Of a stretch of DNA of 64,000 nucleotides, positions 37,271-51,430 are shown in pieces. Position 1 is the stretch's first letter; each line of letters opens with the position of its first letter. This DNA comes from Octopus bimaculoides (taxonomy: Eukaryota): contig NC_068985.1 in the NCBI RefSeq assembly GCF_001194135.2, positions 81,214,105 to 81,278,104 of the forward strand, written 5' to 3'. The notes beneath the pieces were generated by a model. It made no database searches. It was not told the DNA's origin and saw only the letters and a list, made by a program, of their open reading frames with translations. The position numbers were made by a program, and so were the translations under genes.

Positions 37271-37906
37271 TTATTATGGTCTCTCTCTCTCTCTCTCATA
37301 CACACACACGTGTGTGTGTTTAAGTATAATTGTGTTTACTTTAATTATGATTGACTAAAACTAGTGTCCTTTAATTATTTAAGTGTCAATTTTCACCACA
37401 TATATACACATAGACACTTTTAGTACAAGCAATTGCAGGAATGAATCTTTATGCATTTATCAGTCTGTTAGAAATAATGACAAAATCTCATTCAAATCAC
37501 ATCCTGCTATCTATTTAAAAATGGAAGAACACACTGAAAAATGTACTCCAAGTATGCTATGCAAAAAAATGATGGTTATGGTTGGAATGCTTTTGTGATA
37601 GATATGCTCACTTAGGGGTGATCTGTGGCAACAACTTATACACACACACACATATTTTCTTGAATTTTAGATTTTCCTTTGTATGTTCAATTTCTTAATA
37701 TCTTTATGCTTTTTTCCTCCTCAAACAAATTTTGGTTTCCCCATATGAAAGCCACGTTTTTAATATGCATCTATCAAGCAAGTGGTTACATGTAATATCT
37801 TGTAGTCAATCCCATTGTGATTGCATTAGTGAGGTTTTGTTATATATATATAATACCATTCTTTTTTTCTTTTTCTGATAACTATAGAGAATCTATGAAG
37901 CTGTGA

Positions 37907-37937
<31 letters not shown>

Positions 37938-38398
37938 CACACAAACACACACATACACACACACACACACACACAAACTCACTCAAACATACATATGACT
38001 TATGTGTACACACACATATACAAGCATGTACATACTCTTTTTTTGTGTTTCTCGCATTCATATTTTATATCTTTCTCACATACGTTTAATATACATATGT
38101 CTCACTAATTTCCCTTCTCTTTTGCTCATACACTATGTTCTTCTTTATATATTTCTTTGATGCACACTCTATTTCTTTCCCTCTCTCTCTCACTTCCTCT
38201 CTCCATCTCTTTCTCTCCCTCTTTTTTATACACATTATATCTCTCTCTTTTTTATACACATTATCTCTCTCTCTCTCTCTGTCACTCTTTTACATGCACA
38301 TGCATCCTATTTCTGTCTGTCTGCCTCTCTCACATACACACAATTTTTTCTTGCTATATATCAGTCATTATTTTTTCTTGTTATGTCTCTATCTCTTT

Positions 38399-38433
<35 letters not shown>

Positions 38434-38992
38434 CTCTCTTCTTCCTTCCTTCCTTTCTTTCTGCCTGCCTGTCTGTCTGTCTCTCTCAGAAATACACTCT
38501 ATCTCTTTTTCCTTCTATCTCTCTCACCTCTTCCCTTTCTCTCTGTCCACACATACACAAAAACACATATACATTGTTATAATTCACTGAGATGCACAGG
38601 CAATAATTTTGACTGAAGAACCAATGCTATCAGCAATATATTTTCACAATCCTGATACAAGTTATATTGTCTAAATCAATGATTGTAAACTTCTGCACAG
38701 TGAGATAATTACATCTGTGGGCTATTTCATTCCATTCTAGTTTTTTTTTAATGTTTTAACATGTGTAAAGGGAAGAACTTGAGGGTGAATGCTATTTCCT
38801 ACATAAGTTTGTTGACATGTTTGCACTTGTTGGTGTCACAATCACACAGTCCTGGTCATCATCATCAACAACACCAATGGCAACTAATTAGAAGTGGTCT
38901 ACAGATCCAGCATCACTGATTTACCATGCTCTTGTTTTTTATTAGTGTAACCCAATACAGTGTTTATGACTTGTGTGGATGTTTTAACATGT

Positions 38993-39064
<72 letters not shown>

Positions 39065-39081
39065 ACACAAAGATATAGATG

Positions 39082-39224
39082 CAGGTGTGGCTGTGTGGTA
39101 AGAAGCTTGCTTCCCAACCACATGGTTCCAGGTTCAGTCCCACTGTGTGGCACTTTAGGTGTCTTCTACTATAGCCTCAAACTGACCAAAGCCTTGTGAG
39201 TGGATTTGGTAGACAGAGACCGTC

Positions 39225-39258
<34 letters not shown>

Positions 39259-39465
39259 CTTTGTGTTTGTACCCCATCAGTGTTGGTGTGTTTACGACAC
39301 CCATAACTTAGCAGACCAGCAAAAGAGATTAACAGAAAATTTGCCAGGCTTAAAAAAATAGTACTGGGGTCCATTCATTCACCTAAAAATTCTTCAAAGC
39401 AGTGCCCCAGCATGACCTCAGTTTAATGACTGAAACAAGTAGAAGATAAAAGATAAAAGATATAT
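39082..39465 (+). mobile_element. tRNA-headed SINE, same family as 22921
   Basis: Same head, internal (GT)n and 3' tail ..ccagcatgacctcagtttaatgactgaaacaagtagaagataaaaga. Confidence 0.85.
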
Positions 39466-41745
39466 ATCTAGTTTCGTTTATGTTCCAGTTGTGCGAGTGA
39501 AATTGTGTTTTTGATATGGCATTATGGTTCCATTCTGATGTGTTGCTTGATATGCCTAGGTATTTGAAGGAGATTTAACATATAGTGGCACTGAGTGTGT
39601 GTTGGATCTTGCTGCTGTAATGAATTGTGCTCTTTGCATGTCTCAGTGATCTTTTAGTTTGAGTGCTTTCGTTTCATCATGTGGTTGATCTGCAGATTGC
39701 TTTGATAGCTTCTGAAGAGAACTCAAAACACCTAATTTGAGTAGAAGACAAAAGAGGAGATTTATGGATGCATTTTTCCCATTCTCTACTCCTGTTGCTT
39801 AGCATAGTGTTGGCTTTACTGACCATTTATGTTGTACTGAACACCAGTCCATGTTAGATACTATATTCTGGAAACTTCTGCACCTTAATGGAAAACAAAG
39901 GCTATTCAACTAAATTGATGCTATTGACTGAGACACACAATGTGAAATTGAGAACCTACCAAAGCTAATGAAAGCCAGGAAGATTCTTTGTACAGCATGG
40001 TGAAATGCATCTCAACTGTAGCTACTTGAAAAAGAAGAAAATAATACCAGTTTTCTTTTCAACAAAAGCTGACCTTATATTTAATCAAACAAGAAATGCC
40101 AGAAAAACTGTGCAGAAATTGGTCATTCTTAAAAAGAAAATCTTAAAATAAACAAGGTAGTTCTGTGAACAGCATTTGAAAAGTATGTCTAGAATGAATA
40201 GGAGGCTGTAACAAAAGATGAGGGAAATACCTAAGTATAATAATTATTTATAATATTTATGATAGTAACTCATATATTGCAGCTGATTAGTTCCGAGGTC
40301 AGACTTTTATATACCTCATGAGAATGAATTATTATTGTGGAATCTTTTCCCCACAAAAAAACACAAAATGCACAATACTTTTCAATGCAGGTGTTGTTTT
40401 GTTTACTTTTTTAAATATTTTTGTGAATAACCTGACAAGATATGAATCCGAACAAATTAATTTTGACACAGTGAATGCCTTCAGTGTGTTACAATTAGGC
40501 ATATATGTGATGAAGTCTCTCATTCTGTTCAGAGTAGTCTAAAAAGTCAAGTTTCAGTGTTTCAATAGCAGTTGCATATATGTATACTTGAATTTGTATT
40601 TCCTTAATCAAGAGATTATATAGCTGCCAATGATGTTTAATTATTATATATGACAGTTCCCTTTTAAAATAAGGGATTCAAGGAAAAATGTAACTTATCC
40701 AATATATTTAACTTCACTCTTTTGTGAGTAGAAAATTCTGATTGGAATCTTCTACTTAGAAAATTCTTTTATTCACAATTACTATGGAGATAATTAAGTT
40801 ACAAAAATTGTAAATTAGTTTTCTTGTATGAAATATTGTACATATTGCATTAGATTATATTTGTTTCAGATACATGAAAATTGATAGATATTACTATTTA
40901 TGTACATACTTGTATATTTCTCTATGTATATGTGTATGCAGATATCTTAAAGATATTTCCACGCATTTATGAATATATCAAATTTTGAATTTGTTTTCTA
41001 TTCAATTCAGATATTATTTATTTATTATTGAATTTGATCTGGATATAACAAAGTGAGAATATGAAACTCACTATTAAAAGTCTATATTGCTGGATCACTT
41101 TGTACTTCTCACAAATGCTATTACTACCCTGTCACTCCCTTCAGAAAAGCTTCCCTGGAAATAGAACCTTCTGTTCTATAATACTGTCAGCAGGGGACCC
41201 GATACTAGTGAGCATATAATCCTTTCTGACAGATAAAAACCAAAATGGCAGCAAAACTGAAAGAGGTTTGCTGCTCGGTCGGCACAATCAATATATATAG
41301 GATTAGGTGTAGATAACATTGGTCATCAGAGCATGGCATTGATAGCATATTATTGCTATAACTGAGATAGCTCCGTCAATCAGCCGGTATCTAGTAACAG
41401 GCAACTTAATAATATATGGAGACTATATACACCAGCAATTTGTTATGTCATATTGCTGGCTTTTGGATCTAGGTGCAGGATTTTCCTTTGATGCTGTTTA
41501 GTCCTGTTGTCTTTCCTTCTCTTTGGTTTCTGCTTTTGTTTGTGTGTCTCTTTTTTTTTGTTATTACAATTCTTATGCTATTGTTTATTAAATGCATATA
41601 GATGCATAAATACATATTCACAAAATATAATGTTACACTTAGGAATATGTATGAGATTAAATAACTTTGCACACATAAGTTTCATGCTTATGCAGTGAAC
41701 ATGTAGATACACATGCATCTCCATATGTGCATGACTGCATGTATG

Positions 41746-41805
<60 letters not shown>

Positions 41806-42077
41806 TATATAAAATATAATACCTATACATACTATATATANNNNNNNNNNNNNNNNNNNNNNNNNNNNNNNNNNNNNNNNNNNNNNNNNNNNNNNNNNNN
41901 NNNNNNNNNNNNNNNNNNNNNNNNNNNNNNNNNNNNNNNNNNNNNNNNNNNNNNNNNNNNNNNNNNNNNNNNNNNNNNNNNNNNNNNNNNNNNNNNNNNN
42001 NNNNNNNNNNNNNNNNNNNNNNNNNNNNNNNNNNNNNNNNNNNNNNNNNNNNNNNNNNNNNNNNNNNNNNNNNNNNN

Positions 42078-42134
<57 letters not shown>

Positions 42135-44599
42135 TATATAAAATATAATACCTATACATACTATATATATATGTAACATACACACACAAACACACACGTA
42201 TATATAATCTGCTTGACTGATTCTCTTTTATTCCATTCATGTCTGCATGACTTAATTCATATCTGAAGTTTCTTGTTGTTAAATGATTCCAAAGCACTCA
42301 TTCCAGATGAGACATGTTTCTAGGCACTTATCTTTTATATATACACATCCTGCTTTTATTTCACATCTCTGGTTATATAAACGTTGTTCTTGAAAAATGA
42401 TCTATTTTGTCAGTCAGGCAGGCAGGCAGGCAAGCAGGCTGACAGACAGACAGGCAGATCACAAAATTGTCAAAAATATGCATGTATACAGTTATATTTG
42501 CATCGATGAGCATGTGAGAGCATGTCAAGAGTTATATATTCTAAGTATTGTGATTTGTACATATGTAGGGAGAAAGAAAAGAATAAATAGTTTAAGAGGG
42601 GAAAAATACAAATTTCTAAAGATAACAGTAAATGCCATTGAACAGATGTAAACACAGAAAATATGATATAGCTATTATATATAATATAATATAATACAAT
42701 ATATATATATATATAGATATATTATATTATATTATATATTATATTATATTATTATTTATGTATGCATATATATATTATATAACTTGTAAGAAGCTGATTG
42801 AAACTGAAGTGGTTGCATAAGGAACATTAAATCAGTCCACATTGAATATTGAGATTTTCAAGCAGAGAATGCTTTGACTTAATAAAACGAAAAATAAATA
42901 AATAAATTTTATAAATTAATGTAAAAATATTGTTAATCCAAAAATAAAGAATATAAATAAATCTCTCGGTTCAAAATACTGGCAACACAGTATTTTATTG
43001 TTGCACATCTCTTCCATTATTAAAAGGGTTAATTTTACATTTGGTGAAGTTTTAAAAAGAAGTTTTGAAATTGTGTGTGTTCTACCAACTGTATCTGCTG
43101 CACAGCTACCAATGCTTTCCTAGAGGTCAGTGAACATTTTAAAAACACATTTTAGTTTGTTGCTCATTTTTGCAATACTTGATGCATCGATGAACATGGT
43201 GACAAAGAGAGAGAAAAAAAATAATAAATAGAGGTGCACAACACAAAAGGTGAAATAAAGAAATGAAATGAAGAATGACAGAACATGCAGAAAATGAGAA
43301 GTGCAACTGCTTATTGTCTTGTCAGAGGTTGGTATTCATTGCAATAACTATACTGGCTGTAACAAGGTCTTCTCTGTAGGAATTTTTCTCTCTGTGCATC
43401 TGTACGTTTGTGCATGTACATTGTTCACATGTGTGCTTGTATATGTTTTTTTCTCTGAAGGGGTAGTTTTCTGAAAGGATATTTTTCTGAAGGGATAATT
43501 TCTCTTAGTAAGCTAAATGGACATTTAGTCATTTAAATTTATTGTTTAAATTTTCTTTTTGTTTTCATTTTTGTTGTTGCTTAACTTTACAAATGAAGAT
43601 TAAAGTGGAATAATTCATTATTCAGATGTATATAATTTAAATTGGTTGTCTCTCATTTTATTTCTTGATAATCAAAAGTGGTTGCATTGTAAAACTATTG
43701 TTTATTTATTTATTTTTAATGTAATATCAATTTCTCAAAGAGAACTTCCTTATTCTTTTAATTTTATTATTTCTCTAAATAAAACCAAACGAGATGAATG
43801 ACCTTTGATGTGCTGAGCCTTAATCAACGGTTAAATTGGATGCAGTCCACCACATTTTGTTTTGTTTTGCATTCATACTGATTAAATTTTTACACATTCT
43901 TAGATCCACTCAGGAGCCTCTTACTTGCTACAAATCTCAAGTTAGGGTACTAAAGTCTATTAAAAACATTTTAGTTACATTTTAATAACAACAGGCAAGA
44001 GTTCCCATTTAGATTAAAGCAATCTTCTTTTATTCTAAACTCTAATGTTATTGGCTTGAATTAGTATATTATATTTTTTTATTTTATGGAATTACAAATG
44101 AATGTTATCTCATATCACCAAAACTGTTGGCTAAAGTGATATTTCAGCTTTCAAATAAAATTGATTGGTTGATTTAGACTGTTGACATATTTTGCTTGCA
44201 AAGCAATTCCATCTTACAACATCTAGCCCCACCCCTTAAAAATTAATAGAATAAAAATAACAACTCAAGAATATTCTGTTTTTAACCCCTGAGATCTCTT
44301 ACTGGTTATGCAATATCCATCCATCTTCCAGCATATTCTCTTCCCCACTCACTAAAAAGAAAATGAAAACCCAGAACATTCTGGGGTTTTATTTTTACCC
44401 TTAAAGACCTAACATCAGTTAAATGACATTCTAAAAGGAATTAATAGTTGTTATTGCCAAAAATGTCACATTAATGATTCAAAAGACCCAATCTTCCATG
44501 TTGTAACAGTGCTAATAATAATATTAATAATGACAATGACGGCGGTGATGATGATGATGATAATGATGATGATGATGATGATGATGATTATAATAATAA

Positions 44600-45480
44600 T
44601 TGTTTTAAATTTAGGAACAAATCCTAAAATATGGTGGTTGGAGGTTAGTTGGTTATATTGACCTTCTTATTTGACTGGTACTTTATTTTATTGCTCCCTA
44701 ATGGATAAAAAGCTAAGTTAACTTTGGAGAAATTTGAACCTGGAGTGTAAAATGCTGGAACAAATACTCCAAGACATCTTAACTGACACTAACAGTTCTA
44801 TCAATCTACCAACCTTCTTGATTTCTAATTTGGTATATAGCCAGCAATTTTGAGTTGATATTATAACATTAGTGATAATTCTACTATGGGCACAAGGCCT
44901 GAAATTTTGGGGAATTGGGCTAGTCACTTACATCCGCCCCTAGTGTTCAAATGGTACTTATTTTATTGACCTCTGAAAGATGAAAAGTAAAGTCGACCTC
45001 AATGACATTTGAACTCAGAATGTAGTGGGTCAGAAGAAACACTGCTATGCATTTCATCTGATGTACTTGCTGCCTTAATAGTAGTAACAATAACAATGAC
45101 TTCTAATATTCGTACCCTTAAACTATGTAAGGTACCTGAACAATGATATCCTATACAGTTTAAGAGTACCGTTGACTTAAATGCTTGTAGTATCTGACTG
45201 GTACTGATATATCATTGTATATAATGACATTTGGAAAGATAAGGAGTTAAGATGAACTCAGTAAGTTTTTACTTCAGAATATAAAATCAAGCTTCTTTGT
45301 CATTCTATCAGTTCTGCAGAGTGATATAATTTTCGTATCAGTTCAACTTACTCATTTCACTGGAGATGGGTATTGGCAGTTATATCAACCCTGGTACATC
45401 TGGTAGTAACTTTACTGATCTTGAAATATAAACCATAATATTGACCTTAGCAAGATTTAAACTCTTAATATAACAGTAGG
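44600..45480 (-). repeat. Array of about 4 diverged copies of the same SINE, minus strand
   Basis: Reverse-complement unit motifs (gactggtact..ttattgacc..gaaagatgaaaagtaaagtcgacc..atttgaactcagaat) recur about every 250 bp after a (GAT/TAA)n run. Confidence 0.7.
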
Positions 45481-48400
45481 AAAATAAATACTATCAAACG
45501 TTTAAGTTCTTATTTTGTTGTTTCATTTGTAGTCATTTTGGATGTATTTTGAAAATTTGCTTGCATTCAGTTTTGTGTTTGATAGTGCATCTCCATACAT
45601 ATTGTTATCAGAATTTCCCACTGCAGAATTGTATTTGTTTATTAATGGTTAGTTTTAACTTTACCTATATTTTTATCCACATTATTCTTAATGTAGTTGT
45701 GAATGTATATATGTCTGCTTGAATTATTTAAGCCTGAATTGTTTTACAGTTAGATCCCTTTTTGTACCCTAACTGCTCATCTTTGAAAATGAAAGTGTAA
45801 TATATATTTACTTGGTTGACTTGAACAAATAATGTACCTACATATATTTTTCTCTGCTTTTCTCCACAGAAAATAGTATTGTCTTTATAAATCATTAAAA
45901 AAAAATTTTGAATAGCATGGCATGTACTCTCTATTTATATATAATTATATTATTTAACTGTAAAAGCTGTTTCAAATCTTATATAAATTCATAATTTTGT
46001 TTTATACACATCCACATGTCTGTGTGTATGAGTGTGCTATGATTGTGAGTTAGCATCTTACCACATATATTAGGCTAATTCTATTTAGAAACATTTATAT
46101 ATTTCATGCACTACTACATAGCTGCTTGGAGATGAATAACTCAACTCACCATTGGTTTATTTTACTGAAGCTGAGAGAATTATACAGATGCCCAAACAAA
46201 CCAGGATTTCTGAAATCAAGGGTAACTCCACATAAGTACTCACCAAATCTGTCAAATTACAGCCTATCATCTTAAAGCAAAATGAAAGACACACTGGGAG
46301 ATTGTATTCTGGGTTAAAAACAGACAGAGTGGTAAAGGCTGAAATATTTTTGATCATATCTATTCAATCAGAACTAATTTGGAGCTAAACAATAAAAACA
46401 AAATTATTTAGATTATATTGTTTCATCATATATGTTTGAAAAAAAAGTTTAAAAAATGGATTAAATCATTTAATTTATATTTTGTAGATTGAGACTAAAA
46501 TGAAAAGATGGTCACACATGGAATGTCTTTGATTAGTGTAGTTCTGGGTTCTAAGCAGAATAAAAGTTCTACTGGGCAACAAAAGTACAGCGAAATGACA
46601 GAAGTATTTACCACTGTAGTAATAACTGGTAGTTTCAAAGTCGAGTAGACTATCTTCCATATTTCTAACTTCCTCCAGGAAGTTTTTGTTAGAGATAGTC
46701 ATTCTGCTTATTGTATTGTTTAAGTCCTCTATAGAGTCTGAATATTTTTTATCCTCAAAGTTTCCATAACAAATATATTTTTTAAGAGGAGGATTTGTTG
46801 GCCTTATGCCTAACCCCTCCACTGGGGTGTTTAAAAATAAGAGCTGGATTTAGTTTGGCCTCTATTACAAATCTTCTGACTATGCACAGAGGATCCGCTA
46901 GAAGTACTTGAGGTCATATAGAATCACTTTGATAAGTCTACTATAATCATTCTGATATCTGTATGTGTTTGTGTGTGTGTGTGTATTGTATATCTTTTGT
47001 GATGTAAAACTTCACATTTCCACTTTTCAAAGAAAAGTACATTGGATAGTGGAGGCCTAAACTTTTTATGGTCTTAGTCAGAGGAATAGGATGCCAATAC
47101 ACATTATGCCTTGATAAACTGATTCTTTTAAGATTTTGCAGTAATTTTTATGTCCTCCAAGTGGAATCAAATAAAAAACAAAAATGACTGTATGAAGATA
47201 GTAACATTATTGTACTTTGTTTTTGTGCAGTATTAGTGTTTGCATTTATATGAACCTTCTGAAGAAAATATTTTCCTTTTATCAATGACTTTAGTGCATG
47301 TTATGCCATGTTAGTCATAACACATACTGGTTTTATACCAGTAGCTAATGATCTACTTCAATATCATATTCTTTTCTAACTGATCAGTCAATTTTAGTTT
47401 ATGTTACGAATGTGTGAAAGAAGCATTGCTATAACTTTATAGTCTTCTTCTTCATCAAATCATAAATCGTAAAATTTTTAGCATTTGTGAAAGATACTTA
47501 GGTGTCAAAAGTTGAAAGAGATCATGAACATTAGTAAACCTACTTTGGTCCACAAATTAGAAATGCCCAGTCTAGCAATTATTTTCTTAAGTTGCATCAT
47601 TTATGAAATGAAAATATTTATAATTAATATCAAAAAATTTAGTCTTAGTAGTCTTAGTAACCAAAGACTGTTAAGATTATTACTCATGAATATGAGGGAT
47701 TTATAAATGTTTTTGTATTATTTGGATACTATTTGTGTTTTAGACTTTGTGAGTAACTCATTTGGCTGACATTTGTAGCATAAAATCCAATTTCATTGCC
47801 TTATAATATTGTGTCATGAGTTGTAAGGAGATTTTAAGGTCAATTTACTTTGATCTCTTTCATTTGTTACAAGCTGAAAAATAGTTATTTTCTTGTACAA
47901 ATGAAATGACCTTATAAAAAAGGGAATAGGCCTAGTCTTTGAAAGAAAGGACTGAAATTAATAGTATTTCTTAACAAAAACAAAGATAACATTAAAATAA
48001 AGTGACATGAATTCAAATCTAAGCTTGGTCATATTGGACCATATAGAAACACAGTGTTGGGCATTCATTTAAAAGATTAATCAGGTGATGAGAGTTAGTG
48101 GCAGATGAGTATTCACTACACTCTTCTTCTTCTCTTAAATGAGAGTGCTGCGTGAGTTGCTAAAACAAGATTTTGATCATCTGAGTAGAAAAATAGAAAA
48201 CAGTTGAGTTTGTAAGAATTGCTGTTGCAAGGAAACAATTTTGGGCCATTGCAGATTTGGTTTGCATTTTTAATACATCTATTAACAGGCTAACATTCAC
48301 CATTGATTAATTATGTATTACTAGTTATAGAGATCATTGCTACATCTGAGTTTCTGATATTTGAAATCTGTTCTTATTTGTTACCTTTTCATAGAAAGTT

Positions 48401-49789
48401 CACCGCTTAAAAGGTCACAAGCGCCATCTCTTTGAAATACAGAATATCATTTTGGTTGTTTTAGAAATGTTGACAGCAAATAAATGTTATTGATTTTATA
48501 TAAAGATATTTTTTTATAGGACCTTGCTTTTCAAAAGTATACATTTTTGCAAAAATTTGATTCAAACATTTGAAATGTTAAAATATAAGGAAAGAAAAAA
48601 ACAAAAAACAAATCAAATCAGAAATATTTGTTTGAAACTGGAAGTCATGACAATCAAGCCTTGTTTTTGTCTTTTTATAACCTTTCAAATAAATATTTTA
48701 TACCAACATACAAATATCATGCTAAGTATAACAGATACTCTTTTAATTGCAGTTTACTTATTTCCAACTGCATTTTTTAGAAAAAACTTAGTAAGGATTT
48801 TCTGCAATGTCACAATTCTTAACAACTTTTTGGGGGCTGGCTGAAAGTGGATTAGATTAACTAGTACTTAACTTATTTCACCACCTTCTCCCCAGGAGGA
48901 TGAAAGATAAATCAGGTAAACTCAATCTTAGCAGGATTTGAACTCATAACATAAAGGGGCAAAAATAATTAACCCCAAGATGTTTTGGCCTTCTCTTTCT
49001 GTAAATTTTGTCAATCTATCAAAACTTAATAATGCTAAAGTGCAATACTGTGTGTATGTGTGTCTTTGTGTGTGTGTGTGTGTCTTTGTGTGTGTGTCTT
49101 TGTGTCTGTATTTGTCTCCTACTACTGCTTGACAACTGGTGTTGCTGTGTTTCATCTCTGTAACTTAGTGGTTTGACAAAAGGGACTGGCAGAATAATTA
49201 CTCAGCTTTAAAAAAATTAAAAAAATAGTATTGGAGTCAATTCATTTGACTAAAAATTTTTCAAGGTCACAGTCTAATGACAAGTAAAAGACAACAGTAC
49301 TGCCTGACTGGCCTTCGTGCCTGTGGCACGTAAAAGTACCCACTACACTCTCGGAGTGGTTGGTGTTAGGAAGGGCATCCAGCTGTAGAAACTCTGCCAA
49401 ATCAGATTAGAGCCTGGTGTAGCCATCTGGATCACCAGTCCTCAATCAAATCGTCCAACCCATGCTAGCATGGAAAGCAGACGTTAAACGATGATGATGA
49501 TGATGATGATATATATATATATGTATATCACCCTTTTGTTTATTTTACTTTATCGATTCTGATCACTGGACATGTGTTGAAATTGTCATCATTTTTTATC
49601 TCACTCCTCATGACAGCTTTCTATTTTTATATGAAAAGTGGGAGGAGTGAAAACCTGCTATTTAAACATAAACATAGTGATGATGTGAATGCTTGTTTTC
49701 TTTTTAAAGTTGGATGAATTATTTGAAGACTTTTAGAAATAATTTATGCAAAAGCTAGCTATATTATCTATCCATTGAGTGAGAAATGT

Positions 49790-50513
49790 TAAAAGTACAT
49801 GAGCTGACTGATAAAATAATTTTATACATGGTACCACAGCAGAAAGGATGTACCAGCAGCAGAAAGGATCATTATTGTTGACGGATCCATCTGTCGGCCA
49901 AATCTGTAGTGATGATTGCACTGCCGCCCTCCTTCAGTTGGGCAGGCAAAGCAGCTTTCCTTTGACTGGTTGCTGTGGTGAAAGAGGTTGTTTGGTGGAC
50001 AAGGCTGAAAGACATGAAGACAGACACATTCCTCTTTGGTAGAGCTCTCATTGACTTTTTCAAGTTTCACTTGAAGTGGAAATTGACTGTGGAAAGGGAA
50101 GTGCTCTCCTCGAGTGAGTTTATTGAAAGGTGGGTGAAAGCTGTGAAAATGGCAAGAATGGATGGTACCTTTCTAAGTGTAGACTTGTGAGTCAGAGAGA
50201 AGGAATTGGAGAGGACCCTTGCTCCTAGGGTTTCAGGGAAATCTCTAACAGTGAGGTTCTTCGATTATCACTAGAGGCCTTCCTGTATCAGGAGGGCCAC
50301 ATCTCTATCATCCTCCCTGCCAATTTGTTTTTATACGTTTGTATGCTATGCATACATTCCTTCTTTTTCAGTGTATACCATGTAACTTATTTTTTCCTTT
50401 CTTTTTTTATTTCATTATCATATGTAAATCCCCACCCTTTATGTCTGTCTCAGTATTGTCCCCCTCATCCTTTGCTCTTGTGGCAAATAAATGAAATCAT
50501 CATCATCATCATC

Positions 50514-50553
<40 letters not shown>

Positions 50554-50600
50554 GTAGTAGTAGTAGTAGTAGTAGTTGTTGTAGTAGTAGTAGTAGTAGT
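49790..50600 (+). mobile_element. Longer L1/Tx1-clade LINE 3' fragment, same family
   Basis: VVKEVVWWTRLKDMKTDTFLFGRALIDFFKFHLKWKLTVEREVLSSSEFIERWVKAVKMARMDGT, resembling the Tx1 ORF2 terminus (..K..IW..RN..F.....F.ERW). Same 3' UTR and tail. Confidence 0.75.
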
Positions 50601-50611
50601 ATTACAGAAGT

Positions 50612-51077
50612 TGGTGAGCTGGCAGAATCATTAACATGCTGGGAAAATGCTTTGCAGTTTTTCACCTGTTGCTATGTTCTGAGTTCAAATTCCGCTGAGG
50701 TCGACTTTGCCTTTCATCCTTTCAGGGTCGAAAAAATAAGTACCAGTCGAACACTGGGGTCGTGTAATTGACTCATCCCCTCCCCCAAAATTGCTGCCCT
50801 TGTGGCAAAAATTTGAAACCATTATTATTATTATTATTATTATTGATATCATTATTGTTGTTATCGGTGAGCTGGCAGAATCATTAGCATGCCAGGCAAA
50901 ATACTTAGAACATAAAGATGGACGAAATACCCACTGAGTTCAAATTCTGCTGTGGTTGACTTTACCTTTCATCCTTTTGGGGTCAATAAATGATGTCCCA
51001 GTCAAGTAGTAGGGTCAATGTGAAACATCTTTCCTCATCCCCACAAAATTTTAGGTCTTGTGCCGTTAGTAGAAAGG

Positions 51078-51109
<32 letters not shown>

Positions 51110-51135
51110 CATCATCATCATCATCATCATGATTA
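50612..51135 (+). repeat. Array of 3 copies of the same (ATT)n-tailed SINE
   Basis: Units start near 50612 and 50865, with a further partial unit up to about 51078, each followed by (ATT/ATC)n. Confidence 0.8.
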
Positions 51136-51140
51136 TTATT

Positions 51141-51408
51141 TCTCTTTATCACAGGTCTTGTTGGAGCTCCTGGAGTCTTGCATGTGTAGTGGGCTTGCTA
51201 CCTGCAGCCTATGGTACCGTGCTATCCATTCTTTTCAGTTATCTAATACCTTCCTGATTATTCTGGCTGTGCCAAGGAGACAAACCTTTTGTAACAGTTC
51301 TATTGGTCACTTTATTTCCAATTTCCTTCATATTCCCCTTGATGCCTTCTGATACTGTTCCCAAGGACCCAACAATGATTGGTACTATATTCACCTTCTT
51401 TATTTTCC
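51141..51408 (-). mobile_element. R4/Dong-clade (REL-endonuclease) non-LTR element 3' fragment
   Basis: Minus strand KIKKVNIVPIIVGSLGTVSEGIKGNMKEIGNKV, one frameshift, then PIELLQKVCLLGTARIIRKVLDN* (stop at 51237-35). (TTA)n on both sides. Confidence 0.8.
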
Positions 51409-51430
51409 GTAGGTGGGCTTATTATTATTA

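Noticed and set aside
39705-39750. CUGAAGA-G(AACU)C-AAAA-C...GUA, a minimal hammerhead-like string
   Set aside because: G12 is A, and stems I and III pair poorly. It may be a fossil but cannot be supported as a feature.
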